In this document: piece after piece, positions 13,860-30,759 of the stretch
Layout: the number at the start of each line of letters is the position of its first letter
Position numbering within the stretch: the first letter of the stretch is position 1
Assembly: GCF_009914755.1 (NCBI RefSeq)
Contig: NC_060929.1
DNA length: 64,000 nucleotides
Strand: one strand, 5' to 3'
From: the human T2T-CHM13v2.0 reference genome, Homo sapiens
Program-made: the position numbers and the translations under genes
Notes under the pieces: generated by a model
Seen by the model: only the letters and a program-made list of their open reading frames with translations
The model's database searches: none
What the model was told of the DNA's origin: nothing

Positions 13860-14050
13860 GAGATTCACAAATTTGGAATCAAATCCACTTACCAACTGGG
13901 TGATTTTTGTCAAGTTCCTCAAACTCAGAGCCTCGTGTGTAAAATGGAAATAAAAGTTAAACCAACCTGCTGAAAATTAAAGGAGATAATGCGTGTAAAG
14001 GGATAATCACTACACCAGGTATTAAGTGAACACTCAGTAAACAACTGTGA
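13860..14050 (+). mobile_element. MIR
   Basis: ccacttaccaactgggtgattttt...tgtaaaatggaaata...cactcagtaaac. Confidence 0.6.
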
Positions 14051-14445
14051 CTGAAGAGCCTTTAGTTTCTGACTGCTTTCCTGCACATAAAGACACACCT
14101 GGGAAAAAAAAATTAAATCAGCTTTGATAAGCTTCAATTGGACCTTGAAGAGCAGTTTTAATGTAAAACAAACGAACCATTTTAAAAGTGTAAGATACCT
14201 AAAAATAAACTGAATAAATGTGCAGGCTCTTAATGAAGACATTACAAAGGTTGAAACATAATAAAGAAGGCTTGAAGGAATAGAGGCACAAACACCAACT
14301 TAACCCAAATTACTCTATTTAATAAAATTTTAATGGTTGTGGGTAGATTGGAGGAGGGGGCACTTAACATGTTTTCTAACCTTCAAATGGGAGAATATCT
14401 GCGAGAAAAGCTAAGAAATTTATATTTTAAAAATGGGGGGATGGC

Positions 14446-14749
<304 letters not shown>

Positions 14750-15751
14750 CTGGGGGGACAGACCTGTATTATCAAATCTTAAAGCATATTGCAACACTAT
14801 AGTTAAAACAGTGTAGTGTTCACACAAGAATGGATGGATTAAGCATCAGTGGAATAACTGAAAGTCTAGGAAAATTTAATATATTTAAAAATTCACTGTA
14901 TGATAAATGTGGCATTTCACTTTGTTGGGACAAGTATAAACGGCTAAATTATTTAATAAATTAGGTTGGGGGAAAAAAGTAAAACTAAGGACTTGTTTAA
15001 ATATCACCAAAATAAATATAAGAACTCAGAGAACTACAAACAAGCAAATCACAAGAGGATAAGAAGAAAACATACACGAATTATACGGAGGGGAAGGCCT
15101 AGATACTAAGACATGGGAAGAAACCAAAGGCAAGGTGAGTAGACAAATTTGAATAAATATGCAGGATCTAGATACATCAATTATCATTGCCAAAAAGGCA
15201 AACGACAAATTTGAGAAAATATTTTTAACAAATGTGACAAAAGGTTGATGCTACTTTCTAGACCTCTGATAAATCGGTATGTAAAACATTAACACCCTAC
15301 GTGCAGAAATGGATGCAAGACATGAGTAGGTATGCCGTCAGAGAAGGAATTCATATGGATAGATGTTATTTTTAAAATGCTCATACTCCCTAGCATGCAA
15401 ATTAAAAGCTTTTTTTAAAAAAACAGTGGGGTACTTTTTTGTTAAGGAATTTTGGTCAATCCACAGTGTTGTTGGGAATATAAATTAAGACCATCTTTCT
15501 GAAAGACAACATAAATCAAAACATTTTAAACTGTATTATTTGATCCAACTCTTCCACCTGTAGAAATTTATTCTTTTAAAAAAAGCAGATTTATTTCAAA
15601 GGTGTTTCATCAAAAATGCTTTTTCATCATAGTGAACCATTAGAACAGGGAACTGGTTTAATAATTATTTGTCTCTTAAAAGCATTTTTTAAAGGATGCA
15701 TGATGAATTGGAGAAAATGTTTATAATTTATTAAATAAAAAGGATAAACTG

Positions 15752-15875
15752 GGCTGGGCACGGTGGCTCATGCCTGTAATCCTAGCACACTGGCAGGCTG
15801 AGGTGGGAGAATTGCATGAGGCCAGGAGTTCAAGACCAGCTTGGGCAACATAGCAAGATCCCGCCCCCGCCCCCC

Positions 15876-15919
<44 letters not shown>

Positions 15920-16085
15920 CCAGGTGTGGTGGTATACACCTGTAGTCTTAGCTGCTCAGAAAGCTGAAATAGAAGAATCACTTGAGCACCAAAGGTTGAG
16001 GCAGCAGTGAGCCGTGATTGTGCCACTGCACTCCAGCCTGGGCAACAGAGCGAGACACTGCCTCTGAAAACAAAAACAAAAACAA
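15752..16085 (+). mobile_element. AluJ whose central linker has become (CA)n (about 15878-15915)
   Basis: Left arm, about 19 CA units, right arm, AAAAC tail. Confidence 0.9.
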
Positions 16086-17099
16086 GAGAAAGAATAAGCT
16101 GTCTTTAAGGGGATGAATAAAAACAAAAAAAGATTAGAGTACGATCCCAGTTAAACTACATTCATGCACACACACATATGCAAAAATATTAACTGTGTAA
16201 TCAGAGTGGTAGGATTATGGTAAATTTTAATTTACCTTTTTTCCTAATATTTCTGTATTTTCTAAATTTTCAACAAGAAATATGCATTATTTCATAACCA
16301 GAAAAAAAGAGTGAATGTTACTTTAAAATAATCACATGACATATCAATATGTACTAGAGGGTTCTTCCATTCAACAACAATGAACAGCATTGTTGTTTTG
16401 TTTTGTTTTTCATAGCAGTATTATTTATTTCCCAGTCTTTCTATGCTGGGTACATTGAAAGAAGATAGGCCTTTATTATTCACTAATATGTACTGCCCTT
16501 TTCCTAAACTTCAGCTATCAATTATCAGGAGTTTGGATAACTAAGAGGGAAAGCAGAAGCTTTGGGCTTTTCTCCAGGGGTATTTCAGTAGGATTCTAAG
16601 CATACTCATTCCACACCCCTTTGTGTATCATTCTCCAGAGTCCCTCATTTTCTCAGTATTTCTGAAGAGTAAATATACATTGCACCAATAAACAGATGGT
16701 TTTGTGCTGAGTCACTGTCCACAGGTGCCCTTAGCAGAGAAGGCTTCCTGTGCCGGGCAGCAGGAAGTACCAATGCAACTGGAATCACTTCTCCCATCCA
16801 CCCCCAACCAAGACAAGAAGAAGCATTCATTAAGCCATTCAAAAACTAAACTTTCATTAAGTGCTTACCATGAGTCAGTTACCATCCCTCCACCCTCAAC
16901 CTCTGAAGCTCACAGGTTGGGAACAACAGATTTAGAGCAAGTGCATTCTACTTATCTTCAGCTTTCTTATATATCCCTAAAAAAAAAAAAATCTGCCCTT
17001 TTCAATCTTCCTTAGAGGACAAATTGGTCTAATATTTTCACTGTGATATTATCAACTGCCCAGTTTGCACTGAACTTTCCTTTTGCTTTTCATATGATA

Positions 17100-17560
17100 C
17101 AAACTCTCAAACATGGAAAAATGTACACGTTCTCCCTCTGGTCCCAGGCCTTGTTCTCCTCCTCCCCAATGATAACCAGAGTCTTATGTTTCCTTCGGAA
17201 GTGATTTATGCATTCACCAGTGTAGACATTCATGCCTTTTTCTCCTTTTACATGAAAGGTAGCATACTCTACACATCCTTGTGTGCCTTACTGTTTTGTG
17301 TTTTGTTGTTTTATGGCAGTGCCCAAAGAACTGCATGGCATCCCGTAGTTCCATAGTATGGATCCATCATGATGTGTGGACATTTAGCCTGGGAATGTCC
17401 ATACATTTCTAGCCTTCTGCTTCCATATAACCACACTGCAGTGAATATTTGCTTCCATGTAACCATACTGCAGTGAATATCCTGACAGGGTCAAGCATAT
17501 AAATTCCTCAAATACTCAACTGTCCAGGGGAAGTTGAGGCATATACTTTGAATAGTGTTT
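17100..17560 (-). mobile_element. Old L1 fragment (antisense)
   Basis: gtagttccatagtatggat...ggacatttag...cactgcagtgaatat. Confidence 0.55.
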
Positions 17561-18267
17561 CCTCATGGTGTTAATGGTTGGCACTGCTCCATTCAGGACC
17601 AAAAGCATGAAGCCTGGCTCAGTTTATAGAGACAGACGGAAGACATCTGCCTTATTACCACTTTGATCTTTAACCAAAAACCAATCCAATGCCTTTAAAT
17701 GATTTTTAATCGTGTGCTCTACTTAGTCAAGAGAACATTTGCCAAATCCTTTATGATCCTTGACTACAAGTTCTTGAGATATGAGTCGGCAGATTAGGTC
17801 TGAGAACAAGGCAGGAAGAATAAAAAAGCAGCATTTTGCAAACAGAACTCAAAGCCTAGGACATTCATAAAGCTGGTCCACATTACTTTTTTAAATTTAA
17901 AAAGGCACAGAAGGAATAAGTGAAAAATAAACCTCCCTCTCACGCAGGGCCAGCTCCATCCATATAGAAAATTTTATCGTTGAACCTGTGTTTTGTAAAT
18001 GAAGTCCTTCAGGACAGTGAAGCATGCAGGGAGCAGAGGAGACACATGATAAGTGTCTGCTGTTCCGTTCTCTGTTTGCATGTACTATATCCCGTGCCTC
18101 ATGAGCATAGAATTCCAGTGGACCTGCGATGCATGGAGTTTGGTGACATTCAAAGGGAGCAGAAGGTCAGTGGATCATGTGTACAAGTGGGCATGGGGTG
18201 GGGGGAGTACCTGAGAGGCTGTGCTTTCTATTTGAACTAGAACTTGCTTTGGAACACGGAAAGAAGG

Positions 18268-19053
<786 letters not shown>

Positions 19054-19214
19054 GAAGGCAATAGTATTCTAGGAAAGATGAATGACCGGGGAACCCTATC
19101 ATATGCTTTCTTAGGGGTGTTGTGTCCCTGTGTTAGGCAACCATGTATTATGACATAAATAGAAAGGGAAAAATGGGGCAACCCATAGTTCCTCTTCCTT
19201 CAGCTCTTCCTTAC

Positions 19215-19585
19215 TCATTAGTATTATGCCTAAGGTAGAGCGTGTTGATTGGATGTGCATGTATCGAGAGTGAAATAAAAATAGTTAACTTAATTTTGTG
19301 GAGTGTTTTCACCATTACGGAAAGAATGAAATATATATGCATGTTCAGGCTACAAAATAGAATTTGTGTAATTTCAGTGATTTTGCATGTGAGCTGTGTT
19401 CTTATTTTTGCATTTAAAACTGGCATGCATAATATAAATGATAAAAACTCTTGCTAATACTTTACATTTTGAATTTTTCTTTGCTGAAAATGACATTAAA
19501 TAGCATATTTTAAAAATATCTCAATAAAAAATTTTTAGAAAGAACTCACAACAAGTTGAGAGAGGGCTCCGTAAACTGTCCAAAA
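19215..19585 (+). mobile_element. hAT-Tip100-type DNA transposon remnant (Arthur/Zaphod-like)
   Basis: catttaaaactggcat...gaaaatgacattaaatagc...acaagttgagagag resembles recalled Tip100-group subterminal sequence. Confidence 0.5.
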
Positions 19586-19669
19586 ACTATCTCACACTGC
19601 TCCCACTCTGTCCCACCTGACTGCCATCCCAGAAGAAATTCATTTATGTTTCCTTCCAAAGATATTCTC

Positions 19670-19839
19670 TCTTTCTCTTTTGTTTTAAGAGATGGAGTTT
19701 TGCTCTGTCATCCAGGCTGGAGTGCAGTGGTATGATCATAGCTCACTGTGGCCTAGAACTCCTGGGTTCAACAAGGGATCCTCCTGCCTCAGCCTTTTGA
19801 GTAGCTGGGACTACAAGCAAGGGTCACCTCGCCCAGCCC
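19670..19839 (-). mobile_element. Alu right monomer (FRAM/AluJ fragment)
   Basis: Antisense single arm. Confidence 0.8.
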
Positions 19840-20206
19840 ATGTTGTTTTTAACCTGAAGTCACCCATCTCCTTTGTGAGCAATCCTTGTGGCAAAGTTTT
19901 CCCCCTTGCTAGTGATGTATTTTTGTGGATAAATATGAGAAAATTTATCATTTGCGGCATGCTTAGCTTATGCCAGCACTGTGACACATGTCCAAGCAAT
20001 CACTGAGAGCAGGCTTCCCTACTTCCCAAATAATTATCCATTGCCTTTCTTTCTGTTCTCCCACACCTGCATCTATCTACCCCACACACTTCAGGTTCCT
20101 CGAAGACAAGACCTGTATCTTTTCCGTATTTGTATCCCCAACATCTAGCCCAGTGCCTGCAGTAAAGGACGTCGTCAATATAGGTTTACTGAAATAATAA
20201 ACAACA

Positions 20207-20513
20207 GGTCAGGCACAGTGACTCAAGTCTGGAATCCCAGTACGTTGGGAGGCTGAGGTGGGAGGATCACCTGAGTCCAGTAGCTTAAGACGAGCCTAGG
20301 AAACATAGTGAGACCGTTTCTACAATTTTTTTTGTTTTTTAATTTAGCCAGGTGTGGTGGTGTGCAAGCCTGTTAGTGCCAGCTACTTGGGAGGTTGAGG
20401 TGGGGAGATCGTGGCTGCAGTAAGCCCTGATCTCTCCACTGCAGTACAGCCTGAGCAACAGAGCAAGACCCTGTCTCAATAAATAAATAATAAATAAATA
20501 AATAAATAAATAA
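20207..20513 (+). mobile_element. AluJ with (TAAA)n tail
   Basis: Diverged dimeric Alu. Confidence 0.88.
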
Positions 20514-21312
20514 ACGATGGATAACATGGATAGCGGAGCTAACGGGGACCTATGGGAATCACCTGGCCCAGACTTCAGACTGGTCAGGAGTTACTGTCCT
20601 CATTTTTCAAATGAGATCTAGAAAGTGTGTGACCCTCTATGGGCCACTTATGCTTTTTGGACCTCCTTGTTCATATTAGTAAAATGAGAAAACTACTCTT
20701 TCCTTAAAGGACTGTTGTATGACATGAAGAATCATGAGGTATAAATTGCTCTCTAATATTATTTTGTCATCCATAATAATAACAGAGCAGGCTAGAACCT
20801 TCCGATGACATTGCTCTTTGGAGCCTGAAGCAAGCTCTGTGAACCCATGGTGAGGCTTGAGTGAGTAGCCTTCCTTCCATGGGCCTCAGTTTCTCCTTCT
20901 GTGAAAGGAGGGGGTGGGATTCGATCCCAGAGGACACAATCTGGGGGGATAAGAGGGTCAGGAAGACAACATAACGAGAAGATGACTTACGGCCCTCCTG
21001 GTCTAACTTCCCCCACTCCCCAACCTTTGGAAGAAACTTGGAGGGAGAGAAGTATTCCTCTTTATGAGGAAAAAACCGCCTGAGTTTGACAGTCAATGTC
21101 CACACCAGCCACAGTGCCAGGAAGCAGTGTGGAGCGATGAGGACTGTGGTTGACCAGTGGGTGCGTGCTGCATCCAGGGTGGGGAGCCCCTTCTGCATCC
21201 CCTCAAATTGTGAAAGCTTGGGAATTGGTGCCCACTATTGCCAGATTGTTTGACTTCAAAAGAAAGAGGAAATTGAGATATCTCCTGATTTTAAAATACT
21301 GGCTTGACTTTG

Positions 21313-21346
21313 CCTCTTTCTTTTCTTTCTTTCTTTTCTTTCTTTC

Positions 21347-21385
<39 letters not shown>

Positions 21386-21536
21386 TCCTTCTTTCTTTCT
21401 TTCTTTCTCTCTTTCTTTCTTTTTCTTTCTTTCTTCCCTCCCTCCCTCTGTCCCTTCCTTCCTTCCTTCTTTCCTTCCTTCCTTCCCTCCTTCTCTCCTC
21501 TCTGTCTCTCCCTCCCTCTCTCTCTTTCTTTCTTTC

Positions 21537-21620
<84 letters not shown>

Positions 21621-21654
21621 TCCTTCTCTCTTTCTCTCTCTCTCTTTTTTTTCC
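21313..21654. repeat. Compound (TTTC)n/(TTCC)n/(TC)n polypyrimidine tract, about 340 bp
   Basis: Only two purines (G at 21450 and 21504) on the + strand. Confidence 0.97.
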
Positions 21655-22191
21655 ACCATGTGGGCGACACACCACATCAGCCCTGGCTTGGAAACCCTGG
21701 CGTAGGTGTGTGATAGGAGCCCTCCAGCCTGACAGGGATTCTGCAGGGAACAATGGGATAAGAGCTTTCCAGACTCCAGGAGGAGGAAATAAAAGGCACC
21801 ATTAACTTCAACCCCCCTGAGCCTGCCAGCCCTGCTCCTCCAACAGACAATAAACAGGAAGGAGACTGAGACTGGACAGTGAAAGGTGACCAGACAAGCC
21901 TGCCGGGGGACCCTCATGCCTAGAAGTTCCTCACTGCCAGCAGCAGGGTGCTGCTTTCCTTGGGCCACCTGGATGCCACAAAGCCACCTTCTATGAGGGG
22001 CTTCCGTAGCTTCCAGGGCTGCAAAGACCCAAAGTTCAAGAGCCAAGGATTACGGTCGCAGCCGCTCAGCTGAGGGGACTCAGGCTTGGGGTGGAGAAGG
22101 GTTGGGAAATCTATGAAAAATTTCTTGATTACGCAAGTATCATTCTCCTTGTACCACTATTAAAGCACGATTAAAATATTATTAAGATCCT

Positions 22192-22401
22192 GGCCGGGCG
22201 CGGTGGCTCACGCCTGTAATCCCAGCACTTTGGGAGGCAGAGGCAGGTAGATCAGTAGTTCAAGACCAGCCTTGCCAACATGGTGAAACCCTGTCTCCAC
22301 TAAAAAAATACAACAAAAAAATTAGTTGGGTGTGGAGCCGAGACGGTGCCACTGCACTCCAGCCTGGGCGACAGAGTGAGACTCCGTCTCAAAAAATATA
22401 T
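22192..22401 (+). mobile_element. AluS with internal right-arm deletion
   Basis: 16-bp TSD atattattaagatcct (22176-22191 / 22402-22417). Confidence 0.9.
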
Positions 22402-22499
22402 ATATTATTAAGATCCTGAACAACACCTCCCCCAACCCTGCCCCCTACCAGCAGGTAACCACTGTGATATTGATGGAATGGTCTTTGGCCAGGCACATA

Positions 22500-22750
22500 G
22501 GCAGTGGGGGTGAGGAAAGGCAGACCAGGTCAGAGCCTACTGTAATAATCCAGCTGAGAGATGGGGCTGGCTTGGGCAGGGGGAAGAGGTGAAGGGAGTG
22601 AGGAGGGGCCAGATCTTGAGCATAGTTAGAAACAGGAGCCTATAGGATCTGCTGATGGACTAGATGTGAGGTGTAAGAGAAAGAAATCAGATGACCCCAG
22701 GTTTTACCTCTGAACACCTAAAGGGTGAAGTTCCCATTTACTTAGATGTG
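22500..22750 (-). mobile_element. L2 fragment
   Basis: ctactgtaataatccagctgagagatgg...gatgaccccaggtttt. Confidence 0.65.
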
Positions 22751-22839
22751 GAACTTAATCACGTCTCTAAGGACATTTTTGATGTATTGCCCTCTTCCCT
22801 CTTTTCCCAACCCAGCCTGCTTCCACCAGCTCAGTATTA

Positions 22840-23050
22840 CAGCTAAGGCTCTAAGACTGCCCCAGACTTCAATGTTGGCTTTGATTTTTTTCTAGTTAAT
22901 GATCTCAAGCAAGTTAGCTAACCCCAGATTCCTTCTTTCCAAAATGGGGATAATAATAGTACTGCCTTTATGGGGTTATATGAAGGTCAAATGATATGAT
23001 GCCTGGTATATAAAGGGTGTTGAATAAGTGCGAGCCAAAATTACTGTGTA
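22840..23050 (+). mobile_element. MIR
   Basis: aaaatggggataataatagtac core. Confidence 0.75.
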
Positions 23051-23157
23051 ATCATTAAGTTGTAATTGTATGCATACATAGTTTCCTAGCCTGCTACTTC
23101 TAAGCCCAAAATGATCTCACGAGCATTTTTCATGAGATACCTTTAAAAATGTCCCTC

Positions 23158-23470
23158 GGCTGGGCGCGGTGGCTCACGCCTGTAATCCCAGCACTTTGGG
23201 AGGCTGAGGCAGGTGGATCACAAGGTCAGGAGCTTGAGACCAGCCTGGCCAATATGGTGAAACCCCATCTCTACTAAAGCTACAAAAATTAGCTGGGCAT
23301 GGTTGCGCAGCGCACCTGTAGTCCCAGCTACTTGGGAGGCTGAGGCAGAGGAATCGCTTGAAACAGGCAGGCAGAGGGAGGACGCAGTGAGCCGAGATTG
23401 CGCTACTGCACTCCAGCCTGGGAGACAGAGCAACACTCCATCTCAAAAAAAATTAAAAAAAAAAATAATA
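23158..23470 (+). mobile_element. AluSg-like (first of a tandem pair)
   Basis: TSD aaaaatgtccctc. Confidence 0.93.
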
Positions 23471-23484
23471 AAAATGTCCCTCAA

Positions 23485-23927
<443 letters not shown>

Positions 23928-24166
23928 AAAAATATTTTTACTAGCTACATAATATTCTATCGTATAGGCAATTCATTTATTTAACCAGTCTTTCATTTTA
24001 GGTATTTTAAATATGACTAAGAGCTATTGGCAACTCATGCTGTTTCTGGCTTTTCTCTGTGCATTGTAAACAACACTGAGATGAAAATCCTAAAAACATC
24101 CTTTCTTTATGCTTCTCCAATATCCTGAGGATACACTCCTAGAAGTGAAATTGTTGTGATGAAGGG

Positions 24167-24685
24167 TGTGACAGTTAATTTTGTGCCTCCACTTGACTGG
24201 GCCAGGGGGTGCCCACATAATTAGTTAAACGCTGATCTGGGTATATCTGTGGGGGTTTCTACAGTCACATTTGAATTGGTGGACTGAGGGAAGCTGACTG
24301 CCCTCCCCAGTGTGGTGGGCTTCATCTAGTCAGTTGAAGACCTGAATAAAATAAAAAGGCTGAGTAAAAGAGAATTTCTTTTTCTGTCTGTCTTTGAGTT
24401 GGGACATTGATTTTTCCCACCTTTGGACTCAGATTGAAACATTGGCTCTTTCTGGGTTTCAAGCTCACCTGCATTCCGACGGGGACTATCCCCAAGACTC
24501 TTCTGGTGCTCAGGCCTGTGGGCTTGGGCTGGAGCTACACCCTCAGACCTCATGGGTCTCCAGCTTGCCAACTACAGATCTTGGGACTTGTCAGCCTCCA
24601 TGAACATATTAATCAATTCCTTATAATCCATCAGTCCATTCGTCTTCTATTGGTTCTGGTTCTCTAGAGAAACTTGACTTATACA
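24167..24685 (+). mobile_element. MLT2 (ERVL) solo LTR inserted in an antisense L1 relic
   Basis: tgtgacagttaatttt...cttgactgggcc; ends ttggttctggttctctagagaa...ataca; perfect 5-bp TSD aaggg. Confidence 0.9.
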
Positions 24686-24815
24686 AAGGGTATGAATAGT
24701 TTTAAGACTTCTGAAATAGATTATGAATTGACCTCCAGGAAGGCTATACTAAAACATCCTCATCAACAATGTTAAAAAGTGGATTCTCACTAAGACTAAG
24801 TCATTGTTAAATCTA

Positions 24816-25164
<349 letters not shown>

Positions 25165-25499
25165 CTATCTATCTATAATAAATATATATTTAGAATCAGT
25201 GTTTCCTCAAATTGATTATGAAATTGAATATATCATTGTAGTTCACATTTCTTTGCTCTCCAGCAAGACTGGTGTTTTCTGAATGTGACTATCTGTCATA
25301 TGTATTTCTTCTTCTACAAACTGTCCTTTACCAATCTTTCTGTTGATGTCTTAGAGTTTTGCTAAAGGAAGAATTAGTTACTGAATTTGTTACACACGTT
25401 TTTCCTGCTGTCTTTAAATTTTGTGTTGGGCTTTTATGATCTACACTATAGAATACGAGCAGCCAAACCTTTTCTCCCTTTGCAAGGGTATATGCTTCC

Positions 25500-25680
25500 A
25501 AGGTACTTGGTGTGTGTGCTCATGGGAACTGGGTTCCAGGCCTGCCTCTGCCCTAGCTTGCTCTGTGGCCGTGGGCAAGTGACATCTCTCAGATCACAGC
25601 TTCCCCATCTGTCAGTGGGGGCAGAGGTGGTTAGACCTCTGAGCTTCCTCCTAGCTCTGGCATCCTATGATTTTAGTTCT
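25500..25680 (+). mobile_element. MIR (MIR3-like)
   Basis: tgtggccgtgggcaagtgacatctctc...cagcttccccatctgt. Confidence 0.6.
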
Positions 25681-26214
25681 TGAGCTAGAAATTGGGCATG
25701 TTGGCTCTGAGTTAAGAGCTCATTTTAAGAAACAGTTACTGCCTAGTACAGCAGTCTGTTAACTAGTCTCTCCATTTTTGATTGCTCCATGCCCCAATTG
25801 TTAATGGGCATTGCTAACACCAGCTTCCCTACAGTGCAGTTTTGAGCAGTCCATAAACCAGACTCCAGCCCCCTCAGCAGTCATTGGTCTCCTTTCCTGC
25901 TTGCCCAATCTTATCGCCTGTTGCTCCCTGTCAAAATGAATATTTCTGGTTCCTCAGATATTTTTGCTAATACTATTGCTTTTGCTGGGAATGTTACCAC
26001 ATCCTAAATTTCGTATGGAAAAACTTTACCTAACTGTTAAATCCCAGCTGAGCACCGTCTCCTCCATTAAGCCATTAGTGACTATTGCCTGTTCCAGGGG
26101 AATTTGTCACTCTTTTGAACTACAGTATTTTCCACATGCCATGGGTATTATGGTTGTTGATATTTATGTCCTATTTACTAAACAAAAGTATACACATATT
26201 TGAGGCAATATAAG

Positions 26215-26640
26215 CAAGCAAACTGGCAGCCCACACTGTATTTTCAGAATTGGGATTTTTTTTTAACATAAAAATCCTGATTTTCATCTTCTCTTGAAAG
26301 GTCAGAAGATCTAGCTTACATCCTCAAAGACAGGTCAGCAAGCCACAGCCTGTGGGCCAAATCTGACCTGGACTCTGTTTTTAGAAATAAAGTTTGATTG
26401 GAACACAGCCCCACCCATTTGTTTATATATTCACAGTGGATGCTTTCCTTTTACTGTGGCAGAGGTGAGTAGTTGAGACAGAGACTCTATGGCCTAGAAA
26501 GCCTATTTGCTATCCAGCCCTTTACAAAAAAGTTTGCCAACTCCTGCTACAAGGCACCAACTGTGGAGCGTGCACGTACTCCAGGACCTCTTCCTACTCC
26601 ATATCAGACCTGGCCAGTTGCAAGTATTTATCCTGTCTTC
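26215..26640. mobile_element. MER102-like hAT remnant hosting MER58A
   Basis: aaatcctgattttcatcttctcttgaaaggtcagaagatctag resembles recalled MER102. Confidence 0.45.
26331..26546 (+). mobile_element. MER58A hAT-Charlie MITE
   Basis: tgtgggccaaatc...aataaagtttgattggaacacagcc...aaaaaagtttgccaactcctg. Confidence 0.85.
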
Positions 26641-26719
26641 CAAGGCCTTTGAAATACTAGAGTTTTTCATTCTTCTTAATCCTCTTGATCATATCCTAAC
26701 ACAATATGAAAGCCATTAT

Positions 26720-27083
<364 letters not shown>

Positions 27084-27187
27084 TCAAAACGATTACACTG
27101 CCAATATAAATTAAATGATCAACTCTAATCATAGTCCTCAGTAACTATAGCTACTGATAAAGTAGGTTCTTAGAGTTAAAAGCTTGA

Positions 27188-27665
<478 letters not shown>

Positions 27666-27675
27666 GCTCAAAGTC

Positions 27676-27820
27676 TAAAGTCAGATTGCCTGGACTCATA
27701 CTCCAGCTGTGCCACCTATGTGAGCTGGGTGAGTCTTTGTTTCCTCGTCTGAATATAATGAGGATAACAGCAGTGCCTACCCTTGGATTGATGAAAGGAG
27801 TCCATTCAACTAATATTTAG
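27676..27820 (+). mobile_element. MIR (its 5' end was split by the SNRPE retrocopy)
   Basis: aagtcagattgcctgg...tttcctcgtctgaatataatgaggataacagcagtgcctacc. Confidence 0.7.
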
Positions 27821-27939
27821 TGATAGCTACTTTGTGTCAGGCACTGTGCTAGGCTCTTGGGAGCATCAGTGAGCAAAACAGCCACATTTCCACTTAGGAA
27901 GAGCTTAACTTAGGAAGATGTTGGGGGAAATGGAGCAGG

Positions 27940-28394
27940 CAGCAGACACCACTGATACCTGTTGCACAGCCACTTGGGCCACCACTGAGTTCAGCCACAG
28001 CCATAGGGGAAAGCTTTGACTCTTCTCTGGCTGCCAAAGCCTTCTCCAATGCAGCGATGTAGCTGGAACCAGTTTGGCTCTCAGGCAAGCACAACCTGGA
28101 AGGGAGGAATTAATGCCCAGAGGCAGCCCCCAACAAGGTGGGCCAGGAGTTGGCGATAGAGGATATGGCCCCCGTCCTTCAGAAGAACAACTCTGGGAGG
28201 CATTCTGTATGACCCTTGTCAGAGGTCCTGGCAGGATAAAGCTCCAGAGTAAGGAGAGACGCTAGTAACACCCTCACATTGACTTTGCACTTTTCCTGTC
28301 TCACCTTCCCTGCTTTCTGGCAACATTATCCAAATAAACTATCTGTATCCAAACCTGTTTCAGTGTCGGCTTTGGAGGAAATCCAAAGAAGAAC
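27940..28394 (+). mobile_element. LTR16-type (ERVL) LTR
   Basis: acaactctgggaggcattct...ccaaataaactatctgtatccaaacc...ggctttggaggaaatccaa. Confidence 0.65.
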
Positions 28395-28399
28395 AAATT

Positions 28400-29000
28400 G
28401 TAAACAAACAAAAACAAAAAAACAATACAAAAAAGTAGTAAGTGCCATGCAGAGAATGAAAACAGGTGTGAACAAAGTGAGTGATCAGACACCCCCTGAC
28501 ACTGGGGCCATGGAATGCCTCCATTGAGAGCTGAGTGACAGGAGGAATCCAGCCATGCCCCGGCTAGAGGATGAATACTCTGCAGAGGGAACAGCTGGTA
28601 CAGAGGCTCACGCAGGAGTGCGCGTGGCATGTTAAAGAAGAGAAAGGGCAGCGAACCTGGAATTTAGTGGCTGAGGAAATGAGGTGAAGAGGAAGGCCAG
28701 ATTGTGAGGGACTTTCCTGTAACCCAGGTATACTGATTTGGGACTTTATTCTAAATGCCATGGATGAGAAGTCATGGGAAGATTTTAAACACAGGAGGAA
28801 CAGGGATTAATCTTCAGTTTCAAAATGTCACCCTGGCTGCAGCATGAGAGTGAGTTAGAGTAGGCAGTGAGTAGAAACAGGACACCCGTTAAGGAGGCTA
28901 CTGCAGAACTCCTGGCAAGTGATACCGGTGGCTTGGACTGGTGTTGGAATAACGCGGATGAAGAGAAATAGATGATTTGGGATATGTTTTGTAAAGAATA
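28400..29000 (-). mobile_element. L2 fragment
   Basis: ggactttattctaaatgc...gaagattttaaacacagg...gaggctactgcag. Confidence 0.7.
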
Positions 29001-29005
29001 ATGGC

Positions 29006-29459
<454 letters not shown>

Positions 29460-29663
29460 CTACTATATGCACAGAAAGATTGAGTAACTTATCCAGGGTT
29501 ACCCAGGGCAGAGATTTGAACCAAGACCATCTGGTTCCACAGTCTGTACTCTAACCACGAGGCTCCCCTGCCTCACTGGAACCCATGCCTTGGCTGAGGA
29601 ATCCGACATGGAGGTAAAGGGAAGAGGAAGCTAGGAGCCAAGCCACAGTCCTGGAGGTCCAGG

Positions 29664-30405
<742 letters not shown>

Positions 30406-30759
30406 CAGGTATTGTTAGGACACCCGTCCGCTGTCCTCCACATCACCACTGTGGTTATGGAGAGACCACCACCCTCTCTTTGCTCCTGGCAAGACCCCCA
30501 CCCCTGCCTCTTTCCAACACAGACTCATCACCATGACCTGCCTTGAGACCACAGTGAGGCACCTGAGCCTTCTTCATGTCTGTTACTATAGAAGCTCAGG
30601 TCTCCCCTTGCTCCTTCAGATTTGAATCCTCATGTCCCGCCTTGCCATTGTCCCCAATTCTGACCCTGTCTCCTGAAACCTGCCACTCTGTTCTGGACCC
30701 TGGTCCAAATCTCTCAGGGTCCCCTTGATCTTCTTACTCTCATTCCTGGGCTGCACATT

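Noticed and set aside
21150-22046. Long KERK/FLSF ORFs (133-251 aa)
   Set aside because: Translations of the (TTTC)n tract
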